Positions 62,571-64,000 of a DNA stretch of 64,000 nucleotides are shown here, one piece after another; position 1 is the first letter of the stretch; each line of letters starts with the position of its first letter. The notes below the pieces were generated by a model that did not search any database, was not told where the DNA came from, and saw only the letters and a program-made list of their open reading frames with translations. A program made the translations under genes and the position numbers. The DNA is from Octopus sinensis (lineage: Eukaryota): positions 42,532,001-42,596,000 of the forward strand of contig NC_043013.1 of the NCBI RefSeq assembly GCF_006345805.1. Reading direction: 5' to 3'.

Positions 62571-64000
62571 CCCCTCTTAATAATAATAATAACAACAATA
62601 AAAACAATGATAATAAGGGTTTCTAACATCACAATCATAGTAATAGCAATAAATTGATCAGAAATCACTGGGGGAAAATGAGATGTTAATCCAAAAAGTC
62701 ACTAGTGGATTATCTTCCGGCCAAAAACACACAGCAACACTTTGTGTGGCTGTTAATTCCAAGTAACAAAAAATGTTTTTTTTTTTTAAAAACATACAAA
62801 CAACCACCACAAAAAGAAATAATGCAATAACAAGCAACAACATGAGGATGGACATTAGATGTTGGTAGTGATAAACCCAAAGAATATTGATTTATACGCA
62901 GTATAACAAAAACTGAAGATGGATGGATGGATATTTTAATGAAGCTACAGTGCTAAGTTGTTGACTGGTAACTGGAGATTATTGTAGATTCTCTACTAAC
63001 AGCAGACTAGTCGGAGAGGAAATATGAGAAAAGGGGACAGGTGTGAAATAAGGGAGATAACTGGAGGAAAACTACCTGGCATAAAACCAACTCGAGTTTT
63101 CACAACTGAAGGCGCAGGCATGGCTGTGTGGTTAAGAAGTTTACTTTCCAATCATATGGTTTTGTGTTCAATCCCATTGCACGGCAGCAACTTGGGCAAG
63201 TGTCTTCTACTACAGCCCCAGACTAACCAAAGCTTTGTGAGTGGATTTGGCAGATGTAAACTAAAAAAAGCCCATTTTGTGTGTGTGTGTGTGCTCATGT
63301 ATGTATATGTATCATCTTGACATCATGTGATGGTTGTAAATGAGTGTCACTGTCATACAAGCAGTGTCACTCATTTCCAATATTCTGCAAAAACATATCT
63401 GGTCACAAGGAAAAATTAGAGTTTGGTTTTGGTAAAGGATAAGGGTTAGCAACAGGAAGAACATCCGGCCATACAAAATCTGCTTTTTAATAAACACCTG
63501 TCTGACATCCACGCAATTATGGATAATGTAGACATTAAAATGGTCGTGATGATGAGGGGGAGAAGGACGACGATGACGACTGGAGAAAAACTGCTTTGCA
63601 TAGAACAAAGTCAAGTAAATAAATTTTGACAACAGAAGCCAACATGGTCAATAATAAAATGTCTGTGGGCACAGATACTTCAGAACAAAAGGTTAGCATA
63701 TGTTGTCCATAATTCATTCAGTCCCAGGATATGGAAACATTTCACTTGTCTATGAGACCATTTAGGACAACAGAGTAAAGCAAATGTAAATAAGAAAAAA
63801 TAAACATTTAAACAAAAAGAAGAAAAAAAAACAAAGACGTAGAAGTTTTGCGAAAATTCCTTAATACTGTAAGGTTTTGCCTCAGGCTTACATTGGCCAC
63901 AAGACATCCGAGTTTGCGGGGAATGGAAATGGTGTGATATTCATGCTGCCACTGAAAGTGCTTAGCATTGTAAATGAAATGAAACAGCTACATGTGGGTT

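Overview
AT-rich, repeat-saturated eukaryotic genomic DNA. The (TA/TG)n microsatellites and tRNA-derived SINE and RTE-LINE families resemble an octopus genome (inference, not verified by search). There is one protein-coding gene on the + strand: a BMP type II receptor (BMPR2/wishful thinking-like). I reconstructed seven GT-AG exons with consistent phases, from 31085 to the stop at 44219 (3038 nt, about 1011 codons). They cover the second half of the Cys-rich ectodomain, the TM helix, the Ser/Thr kinase and a 572-codon tail exon. The signal-peptide and first ectodomain exon(s) were not found and probably lie upstream of the window. The rest is intron/intergenic DNA with SINEs, 5'-truncated RTE LINEs, MITEs (hAT, pogo, mariner, piggyBac, MULE-like), a Helitron and an internally deleted Merlin/IS1595-type transposon. 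Best leads: (1) two type I hammerhead-ribozyme motifs in Penelope-like foldback remnants, one overlapped by its own antisense arm; (2) the Merlin element with TIRs and TSD; (3) three SDPPPxY WW-ligand motifs, two in a duplicated block, in the receptor tail; (4) a compact G-quadruplex 59 nt after the stop codon. Almost all short ORFs in the supplied track are repeat or microsatellite artefacts. No prokaryotic-type system or CRISPR array is present. Family names come from motif recognition, not database searches.
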